Source: Antedon mediterranea (Eukaryota; Animalia; Echinodermata). From it: a DNA stretch of 64,000 nucleotides. The translations under genes were made by a program, and so were the position numbers. Below are positions 1 to 14,179 of the stretch, piece after piece; the stretch's first letter is position 1; each line of letters starts with the position of its first letter. Below the pieces are notes generated by a model. That model did not search any database and was not told where the DNA came from. It saw only the letters and a list, made by a program, of their open reading frames with translations. The stretch lies in assembly GCF_964355755.1 (NCBI RefSeq), contig NC_092674.1, positions 9,920,001-9,984,000 of the forward strand, written 5' to 3'.

Positions 1-218
1 GTAAGCCTTTGATTGCTTGTCTAATGGACTACCTCTCCTGAAATATCTTGATTTATTGTCCGTTATTAATAGTGGGTCCATATTTATGGTTTTGCATTGT
101 AAATCTTTCTGTTGTTAAAATGTATGCTGCAAAAATAATAACATGATATTTTCTAATAGGACAATTGGTTTGCTGTTTAAAACTGCACATTTGTACCATA
201 TGGCATAATGGGAAAGGA

Positions 219-536
219 TATCATAGTTCATACATGTAGGCGCATCCAAGAGGTGTCCAGTCGGCCTTCCCTCCTCAATTTTGAATTCAAAAGATAGTAT
301 CATAGTTCATACACGTAGGCGCATCCAAGAGGTGTCCAGTCGGCCTTCCTTCCTCAATTTTGAATTCAAAAGATAGTATCATAGTTCATACATGTAGGCG
401 CACCCAAGAGGTGTCCAGTCGGCCTTCCTTCCTCAATTTTGAATTCAAAAGATAGTATCATAGTTCATACATGTAGGCGCACCCAAGAGGTGTCCAGTCG
501 GCCTTCCCTCCTCAATTTTGAATTCAAAAGATAGTA
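219..536. repeat. 79-bp tandem repeat x4
   Basis: TCATAGTTCATAC recurs at 221, 300, 379 and 458; copies are near-identical. Confidence 0.95.
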
Positions 537-629
537 CATTAGATTAAAGTTCAGTACTTAATTTTACTATAATATCCCTTGCTTGTTTTACCATTCTGGA
601 TCCACCAAAGGCTATTCCAAAGGCATACA

Positions 630-720
630 GTAGGTTCGAGACCTGTCTGTGCCATATTGGATGTATCCTTTCTCTCAATGCATCGTCCCTCGTATAGGAC
701 TTTAGGAGTTCGTTTGTGTT
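630..720 (+). mobile_element. tRNA-SINE fragment
   Basis: B-box GGTTCGAGACC followed by TGTCTGTGCCAT. The reverse complement of the same string occurs near 48617. Confidence 0.45.
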
Positions 721-2397
721 CTGTCATGTTTCTTCAACTAGGCTTTCTTGGAAAAAAAAACAAGTAAAGTAGAGAAAAAAATTAAATGAAAATAATTTTA
801 TAATAATAGTACACTGTGACTTGAAATGTGCTTTGATTCATGTGATATAATTATAATATTCAAGAAACTGCTCTGTTGGTCCAATCACTGTCAACTACAA
901 ACCACAGATTAAGATCACACAGATATTAACACTGGAATACATCTGTACTGCAGAGGCTAGACCTGTTAATGAAACAGTCTAGATTGGGGAATCTAGTGTT
1001 CCACAAGATCACTTTACGATTTCAAGTGAAATTTTCAAATTTTCAAAATTGCCAAAGGTTGTTTCTGAAATGGAAATATTTTAGGAAAAGTATCCAAGTC
1101 AATGATCATTCCATTATTTAACAAAAACGATAAAAAAAAAAAAAAAATACTATCATATTAAGCATACTGTAGTTGTTATTATTGTTATTGTAATTGTGCT
1201 TTGCTACTACAAGTATAAGAGAAACCAAGCCACTGACTATGATGATACCGTTGTTGCTGAGATGAGAGGCAGACAAGAACATGGATACCAAGTACCAGAA
1301 GAAAATTCCACACTAGATTATCAAACATTAAAAGCAATGCACACAGAGATGATGGAAAGCTGGACTATGTTGATATTTACGGCTGCCGATGATGCAACAT
1401 CATTATGGTACTGTATGAAGATATCCACCCACGGACTAATTATAAAAATGTTAATTAATTAAACCTTTCAGTTTTGTGTCAATCAAGCTGAAATGTGGCT
1501 GTTTATAGAATAATCCATATCAATAATGACAATTAGGAGTACTGTATTCTTGGTATTACTGTAAAACATTTAGCTGTTTATATCATTCCTAATTTTTTTT
1601 ATTAAAGATGTACAGTAGCTTATTTCAAACTGTGAAAAAGAAATATGAATAAAATCAAATTGAATATGTATTGTAGATGGAGAAATATTCTAAATATTTA
1701 AGCTTAGAATTTGCGAATTTTCTTTTTTCTTTTTCTGTTATTAGTACTATAGTACGTTTGTTGATATGGATGAAATTTTTCCAAAATAAAAAGAAATTGT
1801 ATACACCATTTTGTACTTAAGTTATTCAATTTCACCATAGAACCAAAGATGAGCAAAATAAGGAATTTTTCTTTATGAAAGAAGACATAAAGGGCGGTTA
1901 CATTTAACCAGAATGGTGTTGCTGTTGTCTTCCAGACAATAGGCTTCCTTTAGATTACAGTTATGGGTAAATAAATGTTTTTATCCAATTGTTGGTCAAA
2001 TCTACAGTAATGATTAATAATGTGATGTGACATTAAAATGGCCCCCTCTTAATTGAACGATTGAGAGGGGTGTGGAGGGTGGGGTTGGGAGATAAAATAT
2101 CTTTAATTACATTCTATTGTGTTGCCATTGCCTGCACTTTGTAATGTAATGTATAACATTTGTTAGACCTGTGAAGTCATTCATGAATACCATCGCACCA
2201 TTAAGTGGCAAGATAGAGTATTTGTTTATACTTGGTAACATCCGTTATCACCAGTTCACATGCGATTATTACTTTCTCGTTTTTGTCGCTGCTTCGCACG
2301 ATTGATTCTTGTTTGATTTCAGAGATTGTCATTATGTTTTAATGTTTGTAATACGTCCTTTGAACTGAAAGATCAACTGATTAGTTTTAAACAAGAA

Positions 2398-3298
2398 AGT
2401 ATTGTGCATACAGTATTGTGCATACAGTATTGTGCATACAGTATTGTGCATACAGTATTGTGCATACAGTATTGTGCATACAGTATTGTGCATACAGTAT
2501 TGTGCATACAGTATTGTATACAGTATTGTGCATACAGTATTGTGCATACAGTATTGTGCATACAGTATTGTATACAGTATTGTGCATACAGTATTGTATA
2601 CAGTATTGTGCATACAGTATTGTGCATACAGTATTGTATACAGTATTGTGCATACAGTATTGTATACAGTATTGTGCATACAGTATTGTGCATACAGTAT
2701 TGTGCATACAGTATTGTGCATACAGTATTGTGCATACAGTATTGTGCATACAGTATTGTGCATACAGTATTGTATACAGTATTGTGCATACAGTATTGTG
2801 CATACAGTATTGTGCATACAGTATTGTGCATACAGTATTGTGCATACAGTATTGTGCATACAGTATTGTGCATACAGTATTGTGCATACAGTATTGTGCA
2901 TACAGTATTGTGCATACAGTATTGTGCATACAGTATTGTATACAGTATTGTGCATACAGTATTGTATACAGTATTGTGCATACAGTATTGTATACAGTAT
3001 TGTGCATACAGTATTGTGCATACAGTATTGTGCATACAGTATTGTGCATACAGTATTGTGCATACAGTATTGTATACAGTATTGTGCATACAGTATTGTG
3101 CATACAGTATTGTGCATACAGTATTGTGCATACAGTATTGTATACAGTATTGTGCATACAGTATTGTGCATACAGTATTGTGCATACAGTATTGTGCATA
3201 CAGTATTGTATACAGTATTGTATACAGTATTGTGCATACAGTATTGTGCATACAGTATTGTGCATACAGTATTGTGCATACAGTATTGTATACAGTAT
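2398..3298. repeat. Minisatellite of interspersed 14-bp (AGTATTGTGCATAC) and 12-bp (AGTATTGTATAC) units
   Basis: About 900 bp built only from these two variants. It explains the six overlapping repetitive ORFs. Confidence 0.99.
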
Positions 3299-3379
3299 AA
3301 AAAGTGAGATAATGTTAGATTTTAATCTACATTTTCGTTTCGGTATTTCAGTAGAAAATAATTACACTATTCTTTCTAT

Positions 3380-4080
3380 GGTCGTGTTCGTACGGTGGTT
3401 AAAATAAGCGCTTAATTTCACCCATGCCTCGGGTTATAAATTGAACGTTGTTCGTACTTGAAATATTTAACCGCTTAAATGCTTAATCGACAATCACAAA
3501 CCGGAAATTACGTTATAAGGTCAGTTTTCTTTACAACCTCCGACCCCATTTTCGCACGCTAGTTTCGTGTGTTGTATATTTTTTACTCGCGATCTTTCTT
3601 TACAATAACAATTACTTGCTACCTTTTACACTGCTTATCCTTGCGACAAACCTTATGCCTCTTAACGCCGATAATCCTGCCGAAATATGCCTTCTCCTGA
3701 CGACCATTATTTTACTCATTGACGAAGAATTTGAGCCCAATGTTACACGACGGAAACACCACCGACCAGCTAGGCCTACTAAGCGGTCTACACCAACAAG
3801 GACAGCACCAGCTGACGATCGCGCTCGAAGCGTGTATGGAAGAACTTCGTAGGAGAAATGACGGGCCTAGGCAGCGAACGTTGTCAAAATTTGACACATT
3901 GCCTCTATCGGAGATTTATTATCCTCGAAGGCCGAGTATAATTGGATTATCGCTGAAATAACCTGCAAATTTGGTGAACATTTTGCCTCGAATTTTTTGT
4001 AGCCTGAGGCAAAAGTTAATTGGATCACGCGAACGGAAATCGGGAATAAGCTGGTATTTTCAACCCCTACGAACAGGCCC
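3380..4080. mobile_element. Non-autonomous PIF/Harbinger-like DNA transposon (family A)
   Basis: Imperfect TIR GGTCGTGTTCGTAC / CTACGAACAGGCCC, 3-bp TSD TAT (3377-3379, 4081-4083), CpG-rich interior. Ends are homologous to 21314-22347. Confidence 0.75.
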
Positions 4081-5262
4081 TATGAGACAGGTACTGTTGA
4101 TAGAGTAGTATCTTAAATCATGGAGGTGCTTAAATTAAGGCTACTATGTTAAACCATATACTTGGTAACTACCATTAGACCAACAGTAACCATGTCATTG
4201 AATTATATTTAGAAGAAATTTTATTCTGAAAATTGATTAATTTTGGATTTAGAATAAAAATTTAGCTATATCTCTCACTCCTATGTTTTTGTTTTACTGA
4301 TTACAAACTCCAACTTTCACATTCTTAATTTTTGTGGAGTAATTATTGGGATTCAACAGCATTAATACAGTATTTGGTTAAATTCAATCATTTAAAGGTA
4401 ATTCAATTACTGTACGTACTAGTAATACTGTACTTACTGTGCATCGTATCATTTTTATATCAATTTTTTAAGTGCGTCATTTAACTGTCATAGAATCAAC
4501 TAATTTAACTTTTAGTTAGATATCAATTACTGCTTTTCACTTGTGTGTTTTAACCGTCTGTAAACATTCTAAAATATGCAAACTAGTCTGTTAGGAGTCA
4601 TTATCGTTGTCCATTACTACAGCAAATAATATTTTGTTAATGATTGTAGTTATGGGATTAGTTTCATTTTTTTATACAGCCTTCAATTTTCTTTTACATT
4701 GAAATGATCTTTCGTGATACTGAACAATAATTAATTGAGAAAAATTCTTTCGACAATCTCTTCAAGATCCTAATTTGACTCCTGGTAGCCGTCAAATTAA
4801 AACCGTGACCATCGATAATTGGTTTGTAACTTCACGTTGCTAATTATGACTCATTTTACTATACAAATCCACTGCAAATGAGTCACAAATTAATTATTAT
4901 TTCTAAATGAAATTATTTCCCCTGGTATTTTGTGTGGTTTAGCCTATGTCTATAGTATCTCCTTCACTTGTCGTTAATATTACGTTTTCTTGTCGCAGGC
5001 TTCAGACATGTCTAACTACCTAATTAATGCTTATATATTTTAATTGATATCTGAGTCTGCTAAATCATAATTCATTTTTTTTATTAAGGGTGTTTATTGA
5101 TCTAGCAATGTAACTATCATAATTAATTATAGATGACTATGTAACAGTGCTAAGAAGACGCGTCTAACTGTACTATAATTTGCGAACGTGACCTGTCAGA
5201 TTATGTTAGGATGTATACTACTAAAAAAAAGATATGGATATTGCGCCTATGAACTGCTAAGA

Positions 5263-5865
5263 AGACGTGACTTGTCGGATGGATGTGTACTGCTAAAAGA
5301 AGGCATGACCTGTCACATTGTGTAGACACGCACTAAAAGATGTGACCTGTCAGATGGATGTGTAATGCTAAAAGAAGGCATGACCTGTCACATTGTGTGG
5401 ACACACACTAAAGATGTGACCTGTCAGATGGATATGTACTACTAAAAGAAGGCATGACCTGTCACAATGTGTAGACACGCACTAAAAGATGTGACCTGTC
5501 AGATGGATGTGTACTGCTAAAAGAAGGCATGACCTGTCACATTGTGTGGACACACACTAGATGTGACCTGTCAGATGGATGTGTGCTGCTAAGAAGGCAT
5601 GACCTGTCACATTGTGTGGACACACACTAAAAGATGTGACCTGTCAGATGGATGTGTACTGCTAAAAGAAGGCATGACCTGTCACATTGTGTGGACACAC
5701 ACTAAAGATGTGACCTGTCAGATGGATGTGTACTGCTAAAAGAAGGCATGACCTGTCACATTGTGTGGACACGCACTATAAGATGTGACCTGTTAGATGG
5801 ATGTGAACTGCTAAAAGAAGGAATGGCCTGTCACGTGTGTGGACACACACTATAAGATGTGACTT
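5263..5865. repeat. 74-75-bp tandem repeat, dimer of two ~37-bp subunits each containing TGACCTGTCA
   Basis: AGATGTGACCTGTCAG recurs at 5338, 5412, 5487 and onward, about 8 units. Degenerate monomers lie upstream (about 5150-5260). Confidence 0.93.
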
Positions 5866-7282
5866 GTGTCTTATTTGTGGCATACATCTAGCAATGGTCA
5901 AAAAGAGTTACTGATGCCTTTTAGTGATAATAAATAGGTGACAATTGTGTGGGAGGGTGTTTGCATAAACATTGCCATTAATATTAGTTTCACCAAATTT
6001 CATAATACTGTGGTCACGAAATCTTGGGAGGCATACTAGAACTTAAATTTAATTAGTTTATTTTTAAGACTGTAAAAACATGTTAAATTCTGTATTCTTC
6101 TCTTTGTTATGTCTATTGAATTTCCCAGCCTCTCTGTCTGTAAATTGTTATTTCTTACCTCCACTGTATAAATCTTGTTGTTCTTATTGTTTAAACCTTA
6201 TTGGATACTAGCTCTGTCTGTCTGTCTATCTGTCTATCTGTCTGTTGCCATTTGGCATTAATTGTGTGTCTTTGCTTTTTTTTGTTAGTACAGTCTTTCC
6301 CTCTTTTCCTCTATTAGAGTTAGGTCTATCAGAGTTAATTGTGATTTAGCTTGTTCTACGTTCAAACGCAAAAATACATAGGTAAATATTAAAATACAGT
6401 ACCTCAGGTTTTTATCACATCGTTTTATGCCTGGCTATGTAGTAACTCGATGATTCTGATCAGCTTTAAGAAAAGGATACAATAAGGTAGTGTTCTTGAA
6501 CATTCATAATTATTTAAAATAGGAATTTGGCACAATTATAGTCATACAGATGAGAAATGGAGGCACAAATACATAGAGAAACTTAGGAACACCTTCTGGA
6601 AGTGTCTCCTTAATATATTAAACTGAATTTGAGTTGGCCATGTATAGTGTTAAAACATAATTTTCCCCATTGAATGGTTTCACAGGAAAGTCTCCTCAAT
6701 TAAACAGTTCTACTGTAGCCTTTGGCTTTAAGTATATTATTCAAACTCATTACTACTATACTACTGGTAGCTGTAAACTGCATTCTCTAATGTTAATCAA
6801 ATTAAAATGTGACCTAATGTAAAGTCTAGTGTATATCCACAGATTATATTTAGGACAAGGTTCTAGGATGTATGTCTGTGCCCTATTTCTCAATGAAAAG
6901 ACACCAATGTCATGTGGTTACAGTATGTTCAATAGGCCTTCAACAGCACAGCATCAATTAAAAAACAATGTCATTTGGTCAGTTATTTTTCTTTCAGCTG
7001 TATTGTGCCCTTGAAAAATTGCTATTTATTGTCTTTGCATTGCAATTGCATGCATACTTAATTTTATTGTAAAGTTATATAGAGAGCGTCTATTAATTCG
7101 TAATTACATGCATAGTTTAAATAATTATATTTTTTTCAATTAAATAAATTTGTTTAAGTGTTCAAACCACCCTGGTTTTTATCAAATTTTGGGTTGATCA
7201 AGCTTGGACATCGTTACAAATTACAATTGTTTATTCAGAGTGTTATAGTTCAGTATCTGTGATAAGGCATAGAGATATTATA

Positions 7283-8144
7283 GGCCCTGTTTCTGCTGCC
7301 AATCCCAAATATACCGTATAAATATACCGTATAAATATACCGTATATGAAATTCGTGCACCGTTTCCGCTGCACATACTTCGTGGGTGGGCTGTAAAAAA
7401 AGTTGGCTTTCATATACCCAAAATGCATTTTGTGAGACGGAAGTATGGATTGACCTAGAGTCTCGTGTAGTGAGGTTACATGACAAAAACAAAACAATGA
7501 TGGTTTCTCAAAACGTCTTAGCATTGCTTTCTATTTTAAATCTAATGATCAGAAGTGGCAACGAATTTACATCGCACAAACAATCTAGAAATGTAGAATG
7601 GGCATTGACTACATTTATGCAAAGAAGACGACGGCGTTTGCCGATAACTTTGGCGTTATTAAGTCTACCACAAATTCTGCTTTTATTTTGTTTGAGATAC
7701 TTTTGTAAATCTCGGTATCTCTTCTGTTGCCATGTAGTCTCCCCCCAACCTTCGCTTCTCCCCACAATTGAATTGCAAAAATAGTTATTTCTTCAGTCCA
7801 CAGTGATATTTTGATCTGTTGCTTGCTTATTATACACGCGTGTGTCAATGCAGCAGAAAAACCCAAACAAACGCGTCACGCTCTGTTAGTTTTTGACCTC
7901 GTGTCATGGGCCGGGTCACATATACGGTATATTTTGAGTGCAGCAGAAACGGGGTACGAAATATACGGTATATTTTGGAATATACCGTATAATATCCACA
8001 AACGATGGAGATATTTATGCGGTATATATACCGCATATATATACAGTATATTTTTTATGAGACCCTTTTTTGCTGCCAAAAAATATACCGTATATAAAAT
8101 ATACCGTATATATACGGTATATTTTTGGCAGCAGAAACGGGGCC
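7283..8144 (-). mobile_element. Non-autonomous Harbinger (family B) with Myb/SANT ORF relic, copy 1
   Basis: TIR GGCCCYGTTTCTGCTGCCAA, TSD ATA, subterminal ATATACCGTATA repeats. Minus strand encodes WTEEITIFAIQLWGEAKVGGRLHGNRRDTEIYKSISNKI, a Myb/SANT-like (trihelix) pattern. Confidence 0.9.
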
Positions 8145-9703
8145 ATAGTAAACTACAGTAACTGTTGTTTATTGTTGTGTATTACATGTTGTGTTTTCAC
8201 TGATAACAGCTCAACAATAGTGCACTTAGCATGTAAGATACACAACACACAAGTACAGTATTGATGCTTTAACAATTAACTCAATTATCTACCCTATCCA
8301 AGACATTAGGTAATATTCATTGATTTTCCTCAAGGCTTCCAATTTCACCCACAAACTCATTTCATAGCATTGTTTACTGTATGTCGACAAAGAGTTTTTA
8401 ATGCCGTTCCCGTACATCTGAGTATGTGGAGAACTTTTTCTGGCTGCCAGGTTTAGAGCACATGAAAAAATTACCACTGATTTCTTGGCTGGCAGAAATG
8501 GGATAAACACCTGGTTCATTCAATTGAATATTCAAAATAACGGATGAAACACACTTGAAATTAGATGACGGTGGACAGCCATAAACTGTTCTTTGCACTA
8601 TTTGACTGCATGCATTTTGGGTAATGATGGTATTTTGGGTAAAAAATATCGTGACCACAGACTGATTTAAACAGGTTTTTGAGAACATAAACTTAATAAT
8701 TTGGTTGGTATATAAATTAATATTTTTATAAATAATTTTCAGCTAATTTGAAAGTATGATCAAATTAATTTGTATACAGTTAATTTTGCCAATGAAGAAA
8801 TCACAGATGATTTTGTAAATATTGACAATCACCAATGAAGAACCATTATAGAGAAAAACCAAATGAAGAAATTAAAGATTTTAGTACACAGATGTTTGTC
8901 CTCTGTTTAAACTTGTAGTCAACATGGATCATGTTCATGTTGGAATTCCTACACCAATTAACTACCATAGTTTATCAATTAACAACCATTAATGAGGTGT
9001 GAGAGACTAATTGTTAGCTAGCTTCAAATTCATTAGGCATGAAGGCAGGCAACAAGAATTTATTGAATTTCCACCAGCTACCAAAACGTAAATGATTTGA
9101 GATCATTGAATTAATTGACGGGAAACTGTTCTTTTGATATACAGTAGTTCAAAGGAATTTTAATTTTCTTAAAAGCTTTTTTTGTAATATTTAATTAAAT
9201 AGACAATATATTATCTAAATTCTTGGTGGTCTGGAAGTAGGCAGGCTAGTAATGTAATAATAATAATAATAATAATAATATTTATTCGGTCATCAATGTA
9301 AAAATAACCAGGAATGAGAACAGGCTAAAGCCCAAACAGATTCTGCACTCACTCACATAATGTAGAGGACAGGTTATACTATTTATAGTAATAATAAAGA
9401 GCTTCCGATTTGGGATAAGTGCATGCGTTACTGGTTGTTGACCACAAAAACTTTGTTGAGTAGTTTATAGAAAAGACAACAAAATATGAATAATTTATTT
9501 GCAATGACAGAAAAGTTAACAATAAGTTGGGTCTTTACAATTCATTGTGTGCTTGCAGATTTGCGACGTGGTTCCTTACTCTACTAAGTCTAAAACCTAT
9601 TTAAAAATGCGGAATGATGTGGAAAATGTGGAATTTTGGGGGAAAATACGTCCTGGCTTTCTGTTGTTCCCAGAGCTTTAAATTCTTCACACGATTCACT
9701 TAA

Positions 9704-10326
9704 AGACCCCTTCCCTGCAATTTTGGACGTTTTTTGGAAAATAATACATATATATCACTTTAAAAACATTAAACCATGTCATTCCTTGTCTTAAATGTAC
9801 GTTTTATGGTAAATTATGATAAAAAGTGAGAAACAATGCACTACCTAAGTAGCTCGCGGCGATCGACCTCTCGTGGACGGTCTCAGGCCTAGCCTAGCTA
9901 GGCTTAGTTTTGTAGGCCTAGCTGGTAAACATCGGTAACGTACGAACATCGTACGCTAGCTATATACCTAGCCTGACGTATAGTTGCTGCAGTAATTGTC
10001 TTTCTATTTTTGCCAGACTCCGTTGATAAAAATTGGGGAAAACCCGGTATTTTCGCTGAAAAGTTAGGAGTCTTCCATTTGTTTTGGCTTCACGATCGAT
10101 CGAAAAGTGGGCGAATTACAGGTGAAAAACAAAAATATCAATCCGCGCGCAATGCATTTTGGGATTTATAGCGGGCCGCTATAATTATTAAAATCGATTT
10201 ATTTTTCACATTTTTAACCGTTTAAAGACGAAAAAAGTTATCGCAATAGGACCATATAGTATTATTTTTACATTAAATATAGTTTGTGATCTTAAATTAG
10301 ATCTAAAAAACGTAGGGAATGGGGCT
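9704..10326. mobile_element. Non-autonomous Kolobok-like DNA transposon
   Basis: TTAA TSD (9700-9703, 10327-10330), AG...CT termini, imperfect TIR AGACCCCTTCCCTGCAATTTT vs AGCCCCATTCCCTACGTTTTT, CpG-rich interior with short palindromes. Confidence 0.75.
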
Positions 10327-11098
10327 TTAATATGTAAAGTCCAGTAGAAATTCAATACAAGTGTTATGAAAATGAACATGTTAAATTTTATGAACTTGTC
10401 CTTGTGACAGTGACACATATTATAATGCAAATATAGTGGATTATCTGTCAATTTGACAGTTAAAGAAGATTATGCCTTAAAAATGCACTGAACGTCAGTC
10501 TTTGTCGTCAACATCTTGTCGTTTACGTCAGCTAAAATAAAAGAAGTAGGCCAAGAAGCTTTTTTTGTTAGTATATAAATTCTTTTTCATAGAAAAAATA
10601 AGATATTTTAAATCTCAATTTTATGGAATTGCTACAGAACTACTCTAGAAATAATGTTTATATTGTACTGTCCCTTGCTATATTTTGTAAACATTTTGTA
10701 TAGTCGAACCTCTTGTTATGAGAGTGTTCCTCAGTTTTAAAGGAGAGCAACGAGTAAATATTATTATTTACAATAAAATGACTGTACAAGGTAGACTGTC
10801 TTTGTAAAACAATGAATGTACCCAAAAGTTCAAGATTCTGTTGTTAGATAGGAATATGTACTGTACATGTGGTAATACGTAGGCAGCGACTCCCTTGAGT
10901 TGTATGTACGCATTCATGTTGTGATGTAATAGTAGTTGCACAGTACAGCAGATGGACATTCATGTATTGTAATACATTCATTGACAAATCACATTTTAGC
11001 CTCCACTTACTCCAGGAAAACTTCACTTCCCACTGAATAGCATTATTAAGCAATGCAATAAGCTTGTTGACGTCTGCAGTAGAATCTCCTAAGAACAA

Positions 11099-11510
11099 TA
11101 GAAAACTGCATTGTTATTATATGAATTAGTACTGGTGAATGAACTCCTGAGTTTCTGTGATGCTTGATATTCATACTATAATGCACCGTTCCGAAAGAAT
11201 GTGCGCACTAAAGATTTTGAAAACTGCATGAATTAGTACTGGTTAATAAACACCCGAATTTCTGTGTTGCTTTAAATATTTATACTATAATGCACTGTTC
11301 CTAAAATAATTTGCGCACTAAAGACTTTTCAACTAGAAAACTGCATTTATAATGAATTAGTACTCGTATTCATGCAAATTTGCGCACTAAAGTCTTTTAA
11401 ACTAGAAAACTGCATTGTTATATGAATTAGTACTGGCGAATGAACTCATGAGTTTTGATACTTGCACTATAATGCACTGTTCTTAAAATACTTTATTCAC
11501 TAAAAACTTG
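11099..11510. repeat. Degenerate ~70-120-bp tandem repeat x4
   Basis: Recurrent GAAAACTGCAT...ATGAATTAGTACT...GCGCACTAAAG. Confidence 0.8.
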
Positions 11511-12350
11511 TGGACGACTATATGAACAGTACAGTACTACTAGTAGTAGTGGTTAATTTTAGTCCTAATGTAGCCCCTGGTGTGAAAAAGCGATTCTTTA
11601 TAAATTATATATATACTATAGGTACTACTACTGGCTGTTTAGCTTTACAACTTTAAATTGGTAGACACTAAAGTCCACACTAGTGTGCACTCGACCCAGT
11701 AGGTCAGAGGTCATTCTTCTACATTTACTTTGGATAGATACTGTTCAAAGGTTCATCATCCTGTTCTTGTAAAATTCATTAAAGGTAAAATCCTGTCAAT
11801 GCCCTTTAAAACTGCTAACAGGTTGTCAATGTGTATATTTAACAAAGGATGTAAAATCACAACAGTTTACTTTTAATGTTCATGTACTGATTTATATCCT
11901 ACTAATTCTTTCTGTTCCATCGCCATTTGAAGTTAAGTGCTATGAACGTACGTTTTATGTTCCTCTCTAATTCATTCTTGAAGATAGTGAATTAAACTTG
12001 ACTGTAAAAGCTATTAAATATCTTGAAAATATCTAATTGTATACTGAAGTTAGATTAGAATTTCTCAAATTGAAATTTCATATAGTCTCCTACCAACAAT
12101 TCTCTATTCTTACAAAGCTTTTTCCTCAATTGAAACCATTTGTGCCATTTGAATAATCAAAAATTCATTATTGATGTACAATTCTAAAAACTGGTACTAT
12201 AAGTTGTGTCTTTCCAGACAAGTTTATTATAAAATATAACACTGTGTCTATTGTTTGTAATTGAGCTTAAATTAGGTGGGATTAAATATGGTCATGGGAA
12301 TTGGTAACTAATTTTGAATAATGCAATGCATACAGTACTGTTTTAGTCAA

Positions 12351-12600
12351 CTTACCTGAATAAACCAACAATGGCCTTTTTCCTTCCATAGGTGTTATGA
12401 ACATCCCCCCAGAACAGTGGTATCAACCCTCATGTTGGCAACCATGCCCATATCTAAAGTATACTATTAAGCTGAATAAACCAACAATGGCCTTTTCCCC
12501 TCCAAAGAGAGAATATAGAGCATTTAATAAGTTTATGAACATCCCTGAAGGACAGTGGTATCAACCCTCATGTTGAAAACCATATCTATACTATACTATT
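12351..12600. repeat. Imperfect ~115-bp local duplication starting from a dispersed repeat
   Basis: CTGAATAAACCAACAATGGCCTTTT and CAGTGGTATCAACCCTCATGTTG each occur twice. Confidence 0.75.
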
Positions 12601-12634
12601 TTTATATTAGAATGTTTATTTTGAAGTGATCATT

Positions 12635-12764
12635 ACTATAGCAGTCAGGGGGAAAATGGCAAAACTACTTTCTAGAATTTTTATCAGATAATCTATATTG
12701 TTTTTGACTACTATTTTAACTTGACTACAGTTCTGATTTTGCCATTTTTCCTCTAACTGATAGT
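12635..12764. mobile_element. Small MITE-like inverted repeat
   Basis: ACTATAGCAGTCAGGGGGAAAATGGCAAAA pairs with TTTTGCCATTTTTCCTCTAACTGATAGT. Confidence 0.55.
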
Positions 12765-13989
12765 ATTATAATGACTGATTGATAGTCCAACTTTACTGGT
12801 CTCTTGAGCTTTTAAAACCTAATTAGATCAATTTTATAGCACACAATACATATTATTTTACAACTATAATTAGATGATTTATTTGTTTATATTCGTTTCT
12901 TGACAAATCTTTTATTTTATATGATTTATTTATAGTAATTACTCTTTGATAATAATATGACTTGCATTTTTATTGGTTTTTAAATTACAGCTTTTTTTGT
13001 GTGTGATTGGGCGTTCACTTTTGGACCTACATTATTGTATTTATTGTATACATAGTGTACAACTAGTGTTTATACTGTATACTATACTATATCCACATTA
13101 TTTTATTTTTAGTTACAAAGTCTGATTGTATTTGTCTGTGTAAATTGGCCTTAATGGGTGTCACAAAGACGTAGTTAGTATAAAATTACAAAATATTAAA
13201 ACTAAAATTTATGAGTAAACAAAAATTTAAAGACATATTCTTTCTATATAAACATCATTACTATCTTTAGATCTTTGGTAGTGTCTAAGTTGAGTTGATG
13301 TTTTATCCCAGCTAACATTTTACCATTGGCTGTTTGTTTATTTTTTTAGAACGGAGGGGTCAAAGAAAAGGTTGACATAAAATCTGAAAAGTCACAGTGA
13401 CTTGTATTCTTTTAGTCATAACAGAAATATACAAAAAAAGATTCTAGTAAAGGATCGGACCATTGAACAAAAATTATTATTCTACCTACTGTAGGTAGAT
13501 GACCTACTGTACAAAAACAAGTTATTGTTATTTTTTAATCAAATATTCTTCTTGAAAGAAGTTCATGCTTCATGAAAAATTCTGAAAAGAATAAACAATA
13601 TTGTGGAAGTTCTGCTTTCGAAAGAAGTTTTTCGCATCATGGAGAAATATAAAAACTTAGATTAAATTGTTAATTAAGATCAGCTTGACCAATGCTTTAT
13701 AATATCCATGTGAACTGGACCTTGTCTAGTTGATAATGCAGGTTTAAAGATAGACATCCTAAAAGTATAGCTATCACTTATAATAATAAATTCAGAGATT
13801 TGTGTAAAGCCATTCTTTGTTTTATCATGTCCTTCACTAGTTGTAGGTACTTTTGATCTTTGATACTGATACCAGCGTTAATATAGTACAAGTCCATTGG
13901 CCCAATGGAGGATTTCTTCCTTCATCGTTGACCCATGGTTGACTCATAGATAAAAATTTACCCATGACTGGCAGGTAAAGCCTCTTCCT

Positions 13990-14132
13990 TGAATAAGGGT
14001 GTCCCCTGACTAAGAGTGTCCATTCAATAGGGGTGTCCCCTGACTAAGAGTGTCCATTGAATAGGGGTGTCCCCTGACTAAGAGTGTCCATTGAATAGGG
14101 GTGTCCCCTGACTAAGAGTGTCCATTGAATAG
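13990..14132. repeat. 34-bp tandem repeat x4
   Basis: TGAATAGGGGTGTCCCCTGACTAAGAGTGTCCAT unit; GTCCCC at 14001 and 14035 gives the period. Confidence 0.92.
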
Positions 14133-14179
14133 TAGGGTCCCAAAAGAGGTGTTATATTATACTTACTGGATGTTAATAT

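Noticed and set aside
1196-1462. 88-aa ORF
   Set aside because: No recognisable domain or splice context; at most a decayed retroelement scrap.
2326-3407. Six long ORFs of about 300 aa
   Set aside because: Translations of the 14/12-bp minisatellite, which has no stop codons; no coding signal.
3616-3961. Short ORFs inside the family A element
   Set aside because: Could be transposase or Myb remnants, but no diagnostic motif is visible.
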